Origin: Octopus bimaculoides
Taxonomy: Eukaryota
Direction: 5' to 3'
Assembly: GCF_001194135.2 (NCBI RefSeq)
Contig: NC_068986.1
Span: 76,232,363-76,294,764 of the forward strand
DNA length: 62,402 nt
The notes beneath the pieces were generated by a model. The model worked only from the letters and a program-made list of their open reading frames with translations, was not told the origin of the DNA and did not search any database. How positions within the stretch are numbered: the first letter of the stretch is position 1; each line of letters opens with the position of its first letter. Made by a program: the position numbers and the translations under genes. Positions 41,101 through 49,680 of this stretch are shown here, in pieces.

Positions 41101-43528
41101 ATAAATGACAATACAATAAAGACTAAATCCACTAGAATTTGCCAAAATCCACTTAAATGTCTTATAAATAAAACTATATACATGCTCTTTTTTTTTAATC
41201 ATAATCAACAAATAACACTCAAATATCACTCAAATTACATCTTACTGTCTTAAAAATTGTAGAACTAAAAAAAGATGGGATGATCATGGCCAGAAAGTCT
41301 TTCACCATAGGTGAATTTTGTTCCGTGGTCAGAAAGTCTTTCACCATAGGGTGAAACAGGAACCAGGGAGCTATACAACAGCAACATCATGCTCTCATGA
41401 GACAAGACACAAGTGTGGGCTATATACATTATTATCATCATTTACTGTCCATTGTTCATGCTGGCATGGGTTGGACAGTTTGACCAGAGCTGGCAAGCTA
41501 GGGAGCTGTATAAATACTGTGTGGTAAGAAGCTGGCTTCTCAACATCATGGTTTCAAATTCAGTGCTACTGTATAGCAACTCAGGTAAGTGTTTTCTACT
41601 ATAGCGTGTGTGTGTGTATGTGTGTGTGTGTGTTACTGTCTTCTTGCCTTGACATTATGTGATAGTTGTAAAAATGAGTGTCTACATTATGCAAGCAATG
41701 TCCTTCATTTCCAATCTTTCATGTCTGGTCATGGGGAAATATTAATTTGCCTGAAAACAGATAACAGTTGGTGACAGGAAGTGCATCTGATGGTAGAAAA
41801 TTCCACTGGAACAAAATTCTGTCTGACCCTTGTGAGCAAGGAAAAGTTGATACTAAACTATTGATGATGACGACGACGATGAAGATAGGTTTAAAGTATC
41901 TGTTTAGAGGTAGCAGTTAACCGAGTATGAGCAGAATAATGGCATAGATATAGCCTAAGAGCAACCAAATAACCTTCAGCTTCAGTAACTCACTCATAAA
42001 ATATCTATCTGACCCATGCAAGCATGGAAAAGTAGACATTAAAACGATGATGACACTGATGTAAGTAGTCTAAACTATTTCTTCATATCTTCTAATTTCT
42101 GGAATCAGAATTGAGGACATAATATAGTTTCCAAAATGGTTTCCTGTAATCATGGGATGAAATTAATCCTAGATCAGGATTGATTTATACATAAGTCTAC
42201 TGCTAGACAACAATAGTAGACAACAACTAGGATAGTGTATACAATCTATATATTGGTAAATTGGTTAATTATACCTTATCTTTTTTGCAGATGAGATATT
42301 ATTAGTACCAATGGAGATCATTTTCAAAATGTTAGTCATATCTTTTCTGGAGTAAAGCATTATGCTTTGATGTGATTTAGATCATCCTCAGGTTTCAATG
42401 TATGATTACATCTGCTCAAGTTAGGACTGAAACCATAAATCTCTAAAATAAGTAAGGTTCCAATAACTTTAAGCACTATGATATGGAGTACTAGTAGCCA
42501 CCAGTAGTGTTACAATTACAACACTCTTATCAACTACAAGACAGGATGGTCTTAGCTTGGTTAATTTTCATCATAGATCTGCATGATCAGGATTGACTCA
42601 CAGTTAAGAAAGAAGAAAGGACACATTGATTAGTATAGTCTGGTAAACACCATGTCTACAAAACAGATGTGATTGTCATGAATGGAATATTTCTGACTAA
42701 ATTCTATTTAAGGGTTGACTTGAGACTAAACAATGACAATAACCAAGATCTGTAACCCTTTTGTTGCCATATTTCTGTAGAAATACACTGTCCTAGTTTC
42801 AAATAATTTTGAAAATAATTTAGAATTTAGTAAAATAACTGTCATTATTAAGCAGGTATAAAGCAGTGAACTGGAAGAATTGTTAACAGACCAGGCAAGT
42901 TGCTTAGCAGTATTTCATGTCTTTACATTCTGAGTTCAAATTCCACCAAGCAAGATTGACTTTGTTCCATCCTTTTGGTGTCAGTGAAATAAGTACCAAT
43001 TGAGCACTGGGATCAATGTATGTAATCGACTTACCCCACCCCTGAATTTGATGGCCTTGTGCCAGAATTTGAAACCATTATTAAGCAGGTATATGGAACA
43101 TAAATCAACATGAAATTTTGATGGGAAATTTTAATTCAGATCACTTTAACCTTTTAGCATTTAAACTAGCCATACTGTTTTATGTTCAAACTGGCCAGAT
43201 TTGGCCTTTCATACCTACCCTGCAATATCATTCTAAAAATAAACAATCACATCTTTGAAATCTCTAAACGAAAAGATAATCCAAGATTAGTTTTTTTTTA
43301 AATGTGAATAAAGAAGCATTACATTTGACAGAGTAATCTGAATGCTAAAGGGTTAAAACAGAAAGGAACCAGGGCAGTGTCAGGTGGAGTGGGAGCAAAA
43401 GGGGAAGAAAAATTTTTGATATAATAATCTCACCTTCCAAGCAGTTCTTTTGGTTCATATTTAGCATAAAAGTCTTTAGCCTCTCCCGAGGAGGGCAACA
43501 CATCTTCCTCTTTTGTCATTCCAACCAT
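181..43528 (-). CDS. PHKG: Phosphorylase b kinase gamma catalytic subunit (PHKG1/PHKG2 orthologue), 8 coding exons, 3'-partial
   Basis: Spliced translation: (MVG)[224 protein letters not shown]. It has the PhK-gamma signatures [27 protein letters not shown] and ELCGTP-YLAPE. All junctions are GT-AG and phase-compatible. Confidence 0.96.
581..791 (+). mobile_element. piggyBac-like MITE, degenerate copy containing a SINE-tail fragment
   Basis: TTAA|CTCTTTAGCATTTAAACTGGCC...AAAGGG|TTAA. About 640-680 holds GGTGCCCCAGCATGGCTGCAGTC (SINE-A tail). Confidence 0.55.
1850..2370. repeat. Degenerate ~20-bp minisatellite (TGTGTTACTCCTCTTGTAA-like) interrupted by the mariner MITE
   Basis: TTACTC recurs about every 20 bp on both sides of the MITE. 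Confidence 0.7.
2119..2336 (-). mobile_element. Mariner-derived MITE, copy 1
   Basis: TIRs TGAGAGGGTGCTGAAAAGTTC / GAACTTTTCAGTAGCCCCTTTG with TA on both sides; reverse complement of 32885-33102. Confidence 0.75.
2763..2853 (-). CDS. PHKG: PHKG coding exon 7 (91 nt; [31 protein letters not shown])
   Basis: Long pyrimidine tract ending TTTTCACAG, donor AT|GTAAGC; APE motif. Confidence 0.95.
3566..3625. repeat. Perfect 24-bp inverted repeat, 12-nt spacer
   Basis: TTACTAACCTTTTACAAAGCTCAG / CTGAGCTTTGTAAAAGGTTAGTAA. Confidence 0.95.
3590..3870 (-). mobile_element. Degenerate CR1-like LINE fragment, same region as 10230-10505
   Basis: ORF 3569..3868 contains [12 protein letters not shown]...[12 protein letters not shown]. 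Confidence 0.6.
4480..4570 (-). CDS. PHKG: PHKG coding exon 6 (91 nt; [30 protein letters not shown])
   Basis: Acceptor TATTTATTTTACAG, donor G|GTTAGT; PENIL and DFG motifs. Confidence 0.95.
5131..5203 (-). CDS. PHKG: PHKG coding exon 5 (73 nt; [24 protein letters not shown])
   Basis: Acceptor TTTCTGTTTTAG, donor AAG|GTAAGT; catalytic-loop HRDLK. Confidence 0.95.
6952..7017 (-). CDS. PHKG: PHKG coding exon 4 (66 nt; [22 protein letters not shown])
   Basis: Acceptor TACTACTTTCAG, donor AG|GTATGT; PhK-typical GELFDYLT motif. Confidence 0.95.
7168..7240. repeat. 19-bp tandem repeat (ATTTAACCTTAAAACCTAT), about 3.7 copies
   Basis: Near-perfect copies, about 150 bp into the intron upstream of coding exon 4. 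Confidence 0.9.
8488..8945 (+). mobile_element. Composite SINE: family-A head with RTE-type tail (similar copies near 9820-10160, 30808-31330, 36720-37130, 41520-41880)
   Basis: GGCGTGGCTGTGTG head, then GAAAACATGTCTGGCC...TTGGAAACAGGTGAG...CCAACCCATGCAAACATGGAAAA tail. Confidence 0.7.
9394..9448 (-). CDS. PHKG: PHKG coding exon 3 (55 nt; [19 protein letters not shown])
   Basis: Acceptor TATCTATTTTCAG, donor CT|GTAGGT; phase-compatible on both sides. Confidence 0.94.
10230..10505 (+). mobile_element. Degenerate CR1-like LINE RT C-terminal fragment
   Basis: Reads QILGLT...[28 protein letters not shown]...[19 protein letters not shown], matching the post-RT LG-T...DLSW-H...LY-VRP-LEY-W pattern. 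Stops and a frameshift are present. Confidence 0.7.
13648..14041 (-). mobile_element. SINE family A (tRNA-like head, CORE-like segment, internal microsatellite, AAAAGAGT tail), full length
   Basis: Head GCGCAGGAGTGGC-GTGTGGTAAGTAGC...GGTTC, GCACCTTGGGCAAGTG, and tail GTGCTCCAGCATGGC-GCAGTCAAATGACTGAAACAAG. Many near-identical copies in the window. Confidence 0.85.
14776..14973 (+). mobile_element. SINE family A, 5' half (runs into gap)
   Basis: Same head and body as 13648-14041, opposite strand. Confidence 0.8.
15545..15790. repeat. Compound (CA)/(TG)/(TA)/(TATG) microsatellite; many other microsatellites window-wide
   Basis: Direct inspection; most N gaps are bordered by (TA)n, (TG)n or (TC)n. 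Confidence 0.95.
16540..16845 (+). mobile_element. Possible non-autonomous Helitron/DINE-like element
   Basis: Duplicated ATGGGTTATTTCC-GTGTTTAAAAAA unit, then CAAGTTTCATCAAAATC...GTAGGAGGAGTTAGC...ACAAACAAACACAC...GTAGAT, resembling Helitron-N 3' ends (recognition only). Confidence 0.35.
17508..17735 (+). mobile_element. SINE family C (tRNA-like head, central GTCGACTTTGCCTTTCATCC domain)
   Basis: GGCGGCGAGCTGGCAGAA...GAGTTCAAATTC box-B-like motif. Further copies near 38875-39095, 42860-43080, 54943-55365 (two in tandem) and 57467-57670. Confidence 0.8.
18362..18745 (-). mobile_element. SINE family A, diverged copy
   Basis: Head and tail motifs recognisable throughout. Confidence 0.75.
18756..19459. 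mobile_element. Non-autonomous DNA transposon (704 bp) with 28-bp imperfect TIRs and AATT target duplication; Sola-like
   Basis: Left end GAAGCATTTAGTAACAGACCGTTGTAAG versus reverse complement of right end GAGGCATTTAGTAACAGCGTGTCGTAAG. AATT flanks at 18752-18755 and 19460-19463; interior is CpG-rich. Confidence 0.8.
20718..20783. repeat. Perfect 20-bp inverted repeat, 26-nt spacer
   Basis: TTTATTTTTACAAGGAAAAG / CTTTTCCTTGTAAAAATAAA. Confidence 0.95.
20870..21048 (-). CDS. PHKG: PHKG coding exon 2 (179 nt; GVTSVVRLC...YAVKIID...HKYI)
   Basis: Acceptor TATTGTTTTTAG, donor A|GTAAGT. Carries the Gly-loop and the VAIK-equivalent YAVK; overlaps ORF 20862..21095. Confidence 0.96.
22031..22234. 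repeat. Foldback (imperfect inverted repeat, arms about 100 bp)
   Basis: Outer 68 bp align at roughly 85-90% (e.g. AAAACAGTTTGATTTGG-CCCATGTATATTAAAG); inner arms still pair. Confidence 0.9.
22295..22694 (+). mobile_element. SINE family A, full length (10-N gap inside)
   Basis: Near-consensus copy. Confidence 0.85.
23844..23963. repeat. 50-bp inverted repeat (1 mismatch), 20-nt spacer, abutting a gap
   Basis: AGATACCGCCACGCTGAAAAATAGCAGTCAAATCCTGACTCTAAACCACA and its reverse complement at 23914-23963. Confidence 0.9.
24450..24842 (+). mobile_element. SINE family A, full length
   Basis: Near-consensus copy. Confidence 0.85.
25638..25949 (-). mobile_element. SINE family A, tail-truncated
   Basis: Near-consensus head and body. 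Confidence 0.8.
25990..26610. repeat. Minisatellite, 38-40 bp unit, about 16 copies
   Basis: Consensus about GTGGGTAAGTGGTAGTGAGTCAAGGTAGACAGTATCACA. Confidence 0.9.
26762..26875. repeat. Compound purine microsatellite (GA)n(GAAA)n(GAA)n
   Basis: Direct inspection. Confidence 0.95.
27425..28575 (+). mobile_element. RTE-clade LINE ORF fragment (reverse transcriptase), truncated, with an in-frame stop
   Basis: ORFs 27453..28187 and 28191..28589 contain [55 protein letters not shown] and VNLAKTK. They are separated by a single TAG at 28185-28187, with an N gap inside. Confidence 0.92.
28985..29292 (+). mobile_element. SINE family B (tRNA head, CTTGAGCAAGACAC domain)
   Basis: TGGCTCAGTGGTTAGAGC box A and GAGTTTGATTCC box B. 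Related copies at 46321-46635(+), 48267-48466(-), 52390-52510(-) and 56850-57115(+). Confidence 0.75.
32740..33260. repeat. Degenerate ~20-bp minisatellite (TGGTACAGTAAGGATATAT-like) interrupted by the mariner MITE
   Basis: TACAGTAA/TAGTAA recurs about every 20 bp on both sides of the MITE. Confidence 0.7.
32885..33102 (+). mobile_element. Mariner-derived MITE, copy 2
   Basis: Same TIRs; the interior translates [22 protein letters not shown], resembling a mariner transposase C-terminus. Confidence 0.75.
37164..37383 (+). mobile_element. piggyBac-like MITE (220 bp)
   Basis: (C)TAA|CCCTTTAGCATT...AATGCTAAAGGG|TTAA; CCC...GGG termini with TTAA-type flanks. Confidence 0.7.
37396..37630 (-). mobile_element. 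SINE family C with 19-bp target-site duplication
   Basis: Reverse complement of 17508-17735, flanked by TAAAGGGTTAATATTGTTT at 37377-37395 and 37631-37649. Confidence 0.82.
40714..41102. repeat. Large foldback (arms about 185 bp, roughly 75-80% identical, ~20-nt loop)
   Basis: e.g. GGTCTTCA-TTCAACTT-AATTATTC-TATTTTAGT-TCCTTTGTC on both arms; innermost CTGTTTAGTCC / GGACTAAACAG. Confidence 0.85.
43150..43352 (+). mobile_element. piggyBac-like MITE, same family
   Basis: TTAA|CCTTTTAGCATT...AATGCTAAAGGG|TTAA; about 80 bp into the intron after coding exon 1. Confidence 0.7.
43434..43528 (-). CDS. PHKG: PHKG coding exon 1 ([10 protein letters not shown]...EPKELLGR). Full exon including 5' UTR is 43621-43434
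   Basis: Acceptor TTTGTTTCTTTTGTAG ends at 43622; donor AAG|GTGAG at 43433. In-frame ATGs at 43528 and 43519, with an in-frame TAA upstream. Ends in phase 2. Confidence 0.93.
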
Positions 43529-43550
43529 TAAATACAGTACTTAGATCCAA

Positions 43551-43601
43551 CTAGAGGACTGAGAACCAGTTCATGTCGACCCAACACCTGGTGGAAGGCA
43601 T
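43551..43601 (-). promoter_or_regulatory. Upstream ORF (16 aa, MPSTRCWVDMNWFSVL*) in the PHKG 5' UTR
   Basis: ATG CCT TCC ACC AGG TGT TGG GTC GAC ATG AAC TGG TTC TCA GTC CTC TAG lies inside the same exon and ends 22 nt before the first main ATG. Confidence 0.7.
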
Positions 43602-46320
43602 CTTGATAATCCAGACAGGACCTACAAAAGAAACAAATATAAACATCAATGATAATGATAATGGTGATGGGGGAGGATGATGATGATGATGATGATGGCA
43701 GTGTGTGTTTTTATTTTATATATGAACATCACTAGAAAAAACACATTACAGAAGTAGGTAGAATGTGTATGTGTTACATTAATTTTTGTAAAATACACAC
43801 ATACACACATATAAAGGTTAATAACAGATAGGGCATCCAGAGTAGCATGGAAAAACTAATGTAAAACAAACATGTAGACATCATTATTCTCATCAACATT
43901 ATTTTATCATCCACTTTTCCATGCCCACATGGATCAGACGGAATTTGTTCAGGCAAATTTTCTAAAGCCAGATGCTCTTCCTGTCACTAATCCTTACCAA
44001 TTTCCAAGTAAGGTAATATTTCCCCATAGCTAGTCATATTGGAAATGGACATCCATCTCCAACAATCATATATCAAGACAAGGAGACACAAACACACACA
44101 TATATAAACACACGCACACACACATACATACATATACACACAGACATTAAATATATATGTGCACACAACATTATCATCATCATTGAAATATTACAATACA
44201 TTTCTACATTACCTTTCCCTGCTGATATGACTAGGCAGAATTCACTGTGTCAATAGACCATATCTTCCTCTTATATCTAATTTTTAGACATGGTTTCTAC
44301 AACTGGATGGCTTACCTAACTCCAACCATTTTACAGAATGTACTGGGTGCACTTTTTGTAGCACCAACACTGTAGAGGTTGTCTTGTCATCAACAAGATT
44401 AAAGAGTCTTCTCAAACCCTGAGCTATCGCTGTTCAGAATAAATACCAAACAGAGTGTACTAGGTGCTTTTTGTGGCACCAGCACTGTTGGGGTTGCTTT
44501 GTATCTTGGAAAGAAAAAGAAAGCACTTCAAGACGGATGGAACAGGTTTATTGTGAGAGAATGGCAATGAAGAGTATAACAGAGGGAGCAATGTTAACTA
44601 GGTGTAAAGGAACAGAGGAGATGGTTTGGGAAGAGTAACATTATGGGATTAGAGTGAAAGAAAGCAGATTATAATGTGGTAATGAAAATGGAGTGAGTTG
44701 AATAAGTGAAACCAGTGATGAGATGAATCAGTCCATTTGCCATGCCAGTATGGGTTGGACAGTTTGTATGGTCCAAGACAGTTTTTATTGGAGTAACACA
44801 GATTTATTTTTTTTAGAAAGGGAATGTCATTATTATGGAAACATGTAATATGAAGGAAGTGGAAAGTAGCACTAGGGGATTAATATAAGAGAGAAGAGAG
44901 AGAGAGTTAAAGAGACAAAACAGTAAGGAGAGTTGAGTAGGAAGGGATGTTATGCTACTCCTCATTATGCATGGATGGATAAAGAAAATATAAGAGAGAA
45001 GTAGGTTACAGGAGGAGAAGGAAAAGATAAATGGAAAAGTAGTATCAGTGCATTAATGAGAGAGGGTTAGAGTGATAAGGGACCAGGATATATCTTTGAA
45101 GTAACATGACCAAGAAAACATGGTGTCAAGAGAATCAAGAAAGGTAAAGGTTGCCAGCACTCCCCACTCAAGTATCAAGACCTTATGATTCAAGAGAAAG
45201 AAGGGGTAGCAGGGTATAGGTGATGGAGATATTAAGACTGCAGATATTCAATATACACAAATCAAGTAATTTCCTCTCAGTTTTGTCATCCTATCTCTGA
45301 GGGTAAGACTAGTCTGCTCTATGTAATCTTTGTGGCACCCTTCACACCTAATGGCATAAAGTAAATTCTTTGATGTGCAGGTGAAGTTATTTTTTACCAC
45401 AAAAGTGTGTCCTGACTGGAATTTGTATATTATTCCTTCAAAGAGGTTGATGCAAGTCCTACAGTTAGATTGACCACATTTTTTTTACGGTAGGTGTTGG
45501 GCTTGTGTTGGATAATTTTGCAAGACAGGAATATATCAATATTAACTTCTGAGGAGAGTTCTAGCCTCAATGCTTATAATAGAATGGACTCAGCTAAAGA
45601 CACCCAAGCACCAGAAGTTAATGCTAAATCAGGTGAGAGAAAAAATCTACCATTCAAAAACATGAAATGCCCTTCAAAGAAGATTTCACAGTTTCTATCT
45701 ATCAAATTTCACTCACAAGGCTTCAATCAGCTCCTGAAACCTATAGAAAAAAGATACTTGCCTAAAGCATCACACACTATGATTGAACCAGAAACCACAT
45801 AGTTGCAAAGTATATTTCTTAACCACTCAGCCAAACGTGCACTTATATCAGCTGCTGGATGAAACCTTTACTACTCACTCTATATTTATCCATATAACTT
45901 TGCTGTAACTTAATATTTACTAAACAACAGCAGACAAATAGGACAAATAGCTTATGTAACCGATTCCAATAAAACATCATCTTAGAAACAGTGATGAAAG
46001 AAATGTATTGACATAGACATATTTTCATGAATATGGCAGCAGTGAAGTGACAGACACAGACAGACAGAAAGGAAATATCAAGTTCAAAATCCATGAGAGA
46101 AATCTTTGTACAATATTAAAAAAAAAAATCAATAGCATAATTAATAAAAAAATTCTTATCATTGATTTACAGCAGACGCTTCCAAAATCTAATGATTCTA
46201 GAAGAAAAGTCTTTCTGTAGGAAGGTATTCAAGAATTGTCCTACAGCAACTACACACACACACACACACACACACACCTGAAACAGAGATATTAATGAAT
46301 AATATATGCATTAAAGTGAA

Positions 46321-46635
46321 GTCACATGGCTTAGTGGTTAGGGTATTCAGCTCACGATTGTAAGGTCATGGGTTCAATTCCCAGCAGTGCATTGTGTCCT
46401 CGAGCAAGACAGCTTATTCCCCATTGCTCCAGTCCATTCAGCTGACAAAAGTTAGTAGTACCTGTATTTCAAAGGGCCAGCCTTATCCCATTTTGTGTCA
46501 CACTGAATCTCCCTGAGAACTAAGTTTAGGGTACACAAGTCTGTGGAGCGCTCAGCTACTTGCACATTAATTTCATGAGGAGATTGTTCCATTCGTCGGA
46601 TCAACTGGAACCCTTGTCGTCATAGCCAATGGAGT
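46321..46635 (+). mobile_element. SINE family B copy
   Basis: TGGCTTAGTGGTTAGGG...GGGTTCAATTCCC...CCTCGAGCAAGACAGC. Confidence 0.7.
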
Positions 46636-46839
46636 GCATTTTGTTATAGCTTCAAGATTTCAATGATATGATTGTTTATTTTCAGAATGATATTGTAGGG
46701 CAAGTGTGAGAGGTAGGATGACTGGTTTGAACATAAAACAGGTAAAATATTTCAAATGGATAAGGACAGTTTAAATGCTAAAATTTTAACCTCAAGTCAA
46801 CTTTGATCAAGCATCAAGCATCATTATCTTCACCATTTT

Positions 46840-47230
46840 GTTGATAATTTTCCATGCCTGCATAGATTGGACAGGTCCTTTTCAGTAGAGCATGTTGCCA
46901 CTTGTAGCAGATCTTTATCAGGGTTCAGCCATCATCATTTCTTCCCCGGTTGTCCTCTTCCAGAAGATCTATTAGCACTTTATCATCCAAATGTCATCCT
47001 CTATACACATCATGTCTGTACCAGCTTAGTCTTCTCTCCTGTACACTACACCTGATGTCTTTTAAGCCCAATTTTTCTCTTAGCTAATTTCTGCTCCATT
47101 GTTCATACACACTAACGCTAGACAACCAGTGGGGTATGCTTTGCTTCATTTCTACACACCCAGCCTTCATACATCCTTAGCATTAAATGTTCCTTGTTTC
47201 ACTACCATGCAGCATTGCACTTCAGACCTA
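46840..47230 (-). mobile_element. Degenerate RTE LINE 3' end (ORF C-terminus plus 3' tail)
   Basis: Minus-strand reading gives broken REKLG...IRCSVQERRLSWY-like peptides. These are followed by CCAATCTATGCAGGCATGGAAAA, the same tail seen on many SINE copies here. Confidence 0.65.
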
Positions 47231-48665
47231 TGATTAAATATGTTCTAGCTATAACCATCTCAACTTTTTACGGGTATCTATAACTATATTATCAATGTGT
47301 TCTTCCTTTCTTAAGATGGTTGGTTATGATTTAAGGAAGATTTGGTTTCTATTCTTCACAAGTCAATTAACCATACAGAGGCTTTCTCAATTCACCTCAC
47401 TGTCAAAAGACAACAGGTGGTGTGGGAATAAAATAGCAAGGACCCTACAGCATCTGTTGTTTTAAAAGCAGAGTAGATAGAGAGGAAGTTCAAATATTTG
47501 TTTATCCACAGGTCAAGCTACATCAGGTAGATCTATGACCAAAAGCACTTCATTTTTCTCTCTTTTTTTTTTACTGATATACTGTAATCTGAGACATTAT
47601 CCAAAGTCTCCTTCCCATTTAAGACAACTGCATCTAATTTTGAGGTAAACTTGGCAGCTGTCCAAATATTTATTTATTATTAATGATTAGACAAAGAACC
47701 ATTTAATGACAAATGGGAGTGAGCCTGCAGCAAGGATTCTTAGCTTCCTATCAGTTACTTCCAATCAATGAAAGAATTATGCTACTAAGAATTGAGGATA
47801 TAAGGAGAAGGTAATGTAGCTCCACCACAGACACATATATCTTGTTATTAACAATTAAAAATATGTGAAGGAATGCCACAGAGGTGACGTCAAAAAAACG
47901 ACAATGACAAATACAAAATCACTCAAACTGGTTTTTCCAGCATGGCACCTTGCCACTTGTAGTCTCTTATCAAATTTCTCGTGAGGTTCAGCTTTCACCA
48001 ATTCTTCCCATGTCTTCCTCAACCATCTTCTTGCACATGATTCCTCTCAGTATCATCATCAGCTGGGAGCAGATGAATATGGGTTGGGTGTGTGATGATG
48101 GCTGAAAATTGGATCTACTGCAGCCACAGATGAGGGAACAGAATGGATGGATGAATGTGGTTTGGGGTTCAATCTCAATGCCCAGCAACTGGGGAAAATG
48201 GCTTCTTGATGGCTTCAGGTTAATGGAAAGGATAAAAATCATTCCCCTGGGTCATATAGACTCATGGGGCCAGTTTCCCAGTTTCCATGGCGCATATATT
48301 CTTTCCAAGACAAGATGCCAGTTTGTCACAGGATTACTCATTTTTACCAGCTGAGGGAACTGGAGCAACATGAAATAAAGAGTTTTGCTCAAGAACACAA
48401 TGTGTCATCTGGTCCAGGAATCAAAACCACAATCTTAAAATCAGGAGTCAAGAACCCTAATCACTAAAGAACTAAAGACAAGCATAAAGTTTTAATCTCC
48501 TGCCCAAAACCATTCTCTTTACTCTATATTCTATTTAATATTCAAATTTTCAAAACCAAAACTCACCAATAAACTTTCATAAAATCAAGAAAATTTGTGA
48601 GTCTCATAAATTTAATAGATAAGAATAATAAAAATGAAACAAAAAAAATTTGTTTCAAATCCTTT

Positions 48666-48717
<52 letters not shown>

Positions 48718-49019
48718 NNNNNNNNNNNNNNNNNNNNNNNNNNNNNNNNNNNNNNNNNNNNNNNNNNNNNNNNNNNNNNNNNNNNNNNNNNNNNNNNNNN
48801 NNNNNNNNNNNNNNNNNNNNNNNNNNNNNNNNNNNNNNNNNNNNNNNNNNNNNNNNNNNNNNNNNNNNNNNNNNNNNNNNNNNNNNNNNNNNNNNNNNNN
48901 NNNNNNNNNNNNNNNNNNNNNNNNNNNNNNNNNNNNNNNNNNNNNNNNNNNNNNNNNNNNNNNNNNNNNNNNNNNNNAGTATAGTTCAGGTGATCACCTC
49001 ATCAGCACTTCCTGTAGAA

Positions 49020-49680
49020 ATCCAGGTAGTGTAGTATTCCCAAAACTAAAGCAAGATCGATTATACTTCAGGTAATGATAAAAAAAAGCACTTTATGAAT
49101 TCAAGACCGTTACACGTCTGCATCAAAGAACATCTGAACACGAGAGCCTCCTCCTTCAGAAAACATCTAGACAGATGCCGGAACATTGACAAAAGCATAA
49201 CAGTCACGATTGAGGCCAATGAAAGAAATTTGGGTAATTTAAGAATTAAGGAAGCATTACTCATACACAGACTAGGACCCCAAAATAACAACAGGATGGA
49301 AGTTGGTAATCAATATATTATTTAGCTACATCTGGATGTGTGTATGTTCATTCTTAATAACATGCTCATGTATTGTTTATAACAAAAAAAAAGAAAAAAA
49401 AAGAAAGAGAAACTGCAAGTATAACACATAACTTAGAAGCAGCGCCACAGATGTACCAACAAACACGAGATTGAAACATAGCCGACCTCACACACTTCTC
49501 ATGAGGAATTCCGGAAGAAGCTTCGTGAGACCACTACTGAGACGCTTCCGAAAAAAAGAAAACCGTTGGAAAACAGTTTATAGCAGAGACTCCATCTAAG
49601 AAGATCTGAAGAAGGAATTGTAATTCCGAAGTATCATCGGACTATAGATAACCAAATTACAACAGGTATATAGTCCATTT
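49020..49680 (+). mobile_element. Penelope-like retroelement 3' fragment: GIY-YIG endonuclease C-terminal half plus downstream pLTR-like region
   Basis: ORF 49095..49325 SRPLHVCIKEH...SSFRKHLDRC...LRIKEALLIHRLGPQNNNRME matches the PLE endonuclease pattern R-L-R-EH...H-C...EA-I-P-N. The downstream region retains CpG and carries a hammerhead-like motif. Confidence 0.8.
49603..49638 (+). ncRNA. Minimal type-I hammerhead-ribozyme-like motif (one core substitution)
   Basis: GAT-CTGAAGA-A-GGAAT(TGTA)ATTCC-GAA-GTATC-ATC: helix I GAT/ATC, helix II 5 bp, AUC cleavage triplet. Position 15.1 is G instead of A. Confidence 0.6.

Noticed and set aside
48984-49005. CTGATG-AGGTGATCACCT-GAAC on the minus strand, hammerhead-like
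   Set aside because: Extra base before GAA, GAAC instead of GAAA, no helix I or III, and not homologous to the motif at 49603. A 12-bp palindrome explains the look.
7731-49075. Many long listed ORFs full of X or [12 protein letters not shown] runs
   Set aside because: They read through N gaps or microsatellites and have no coding signal.
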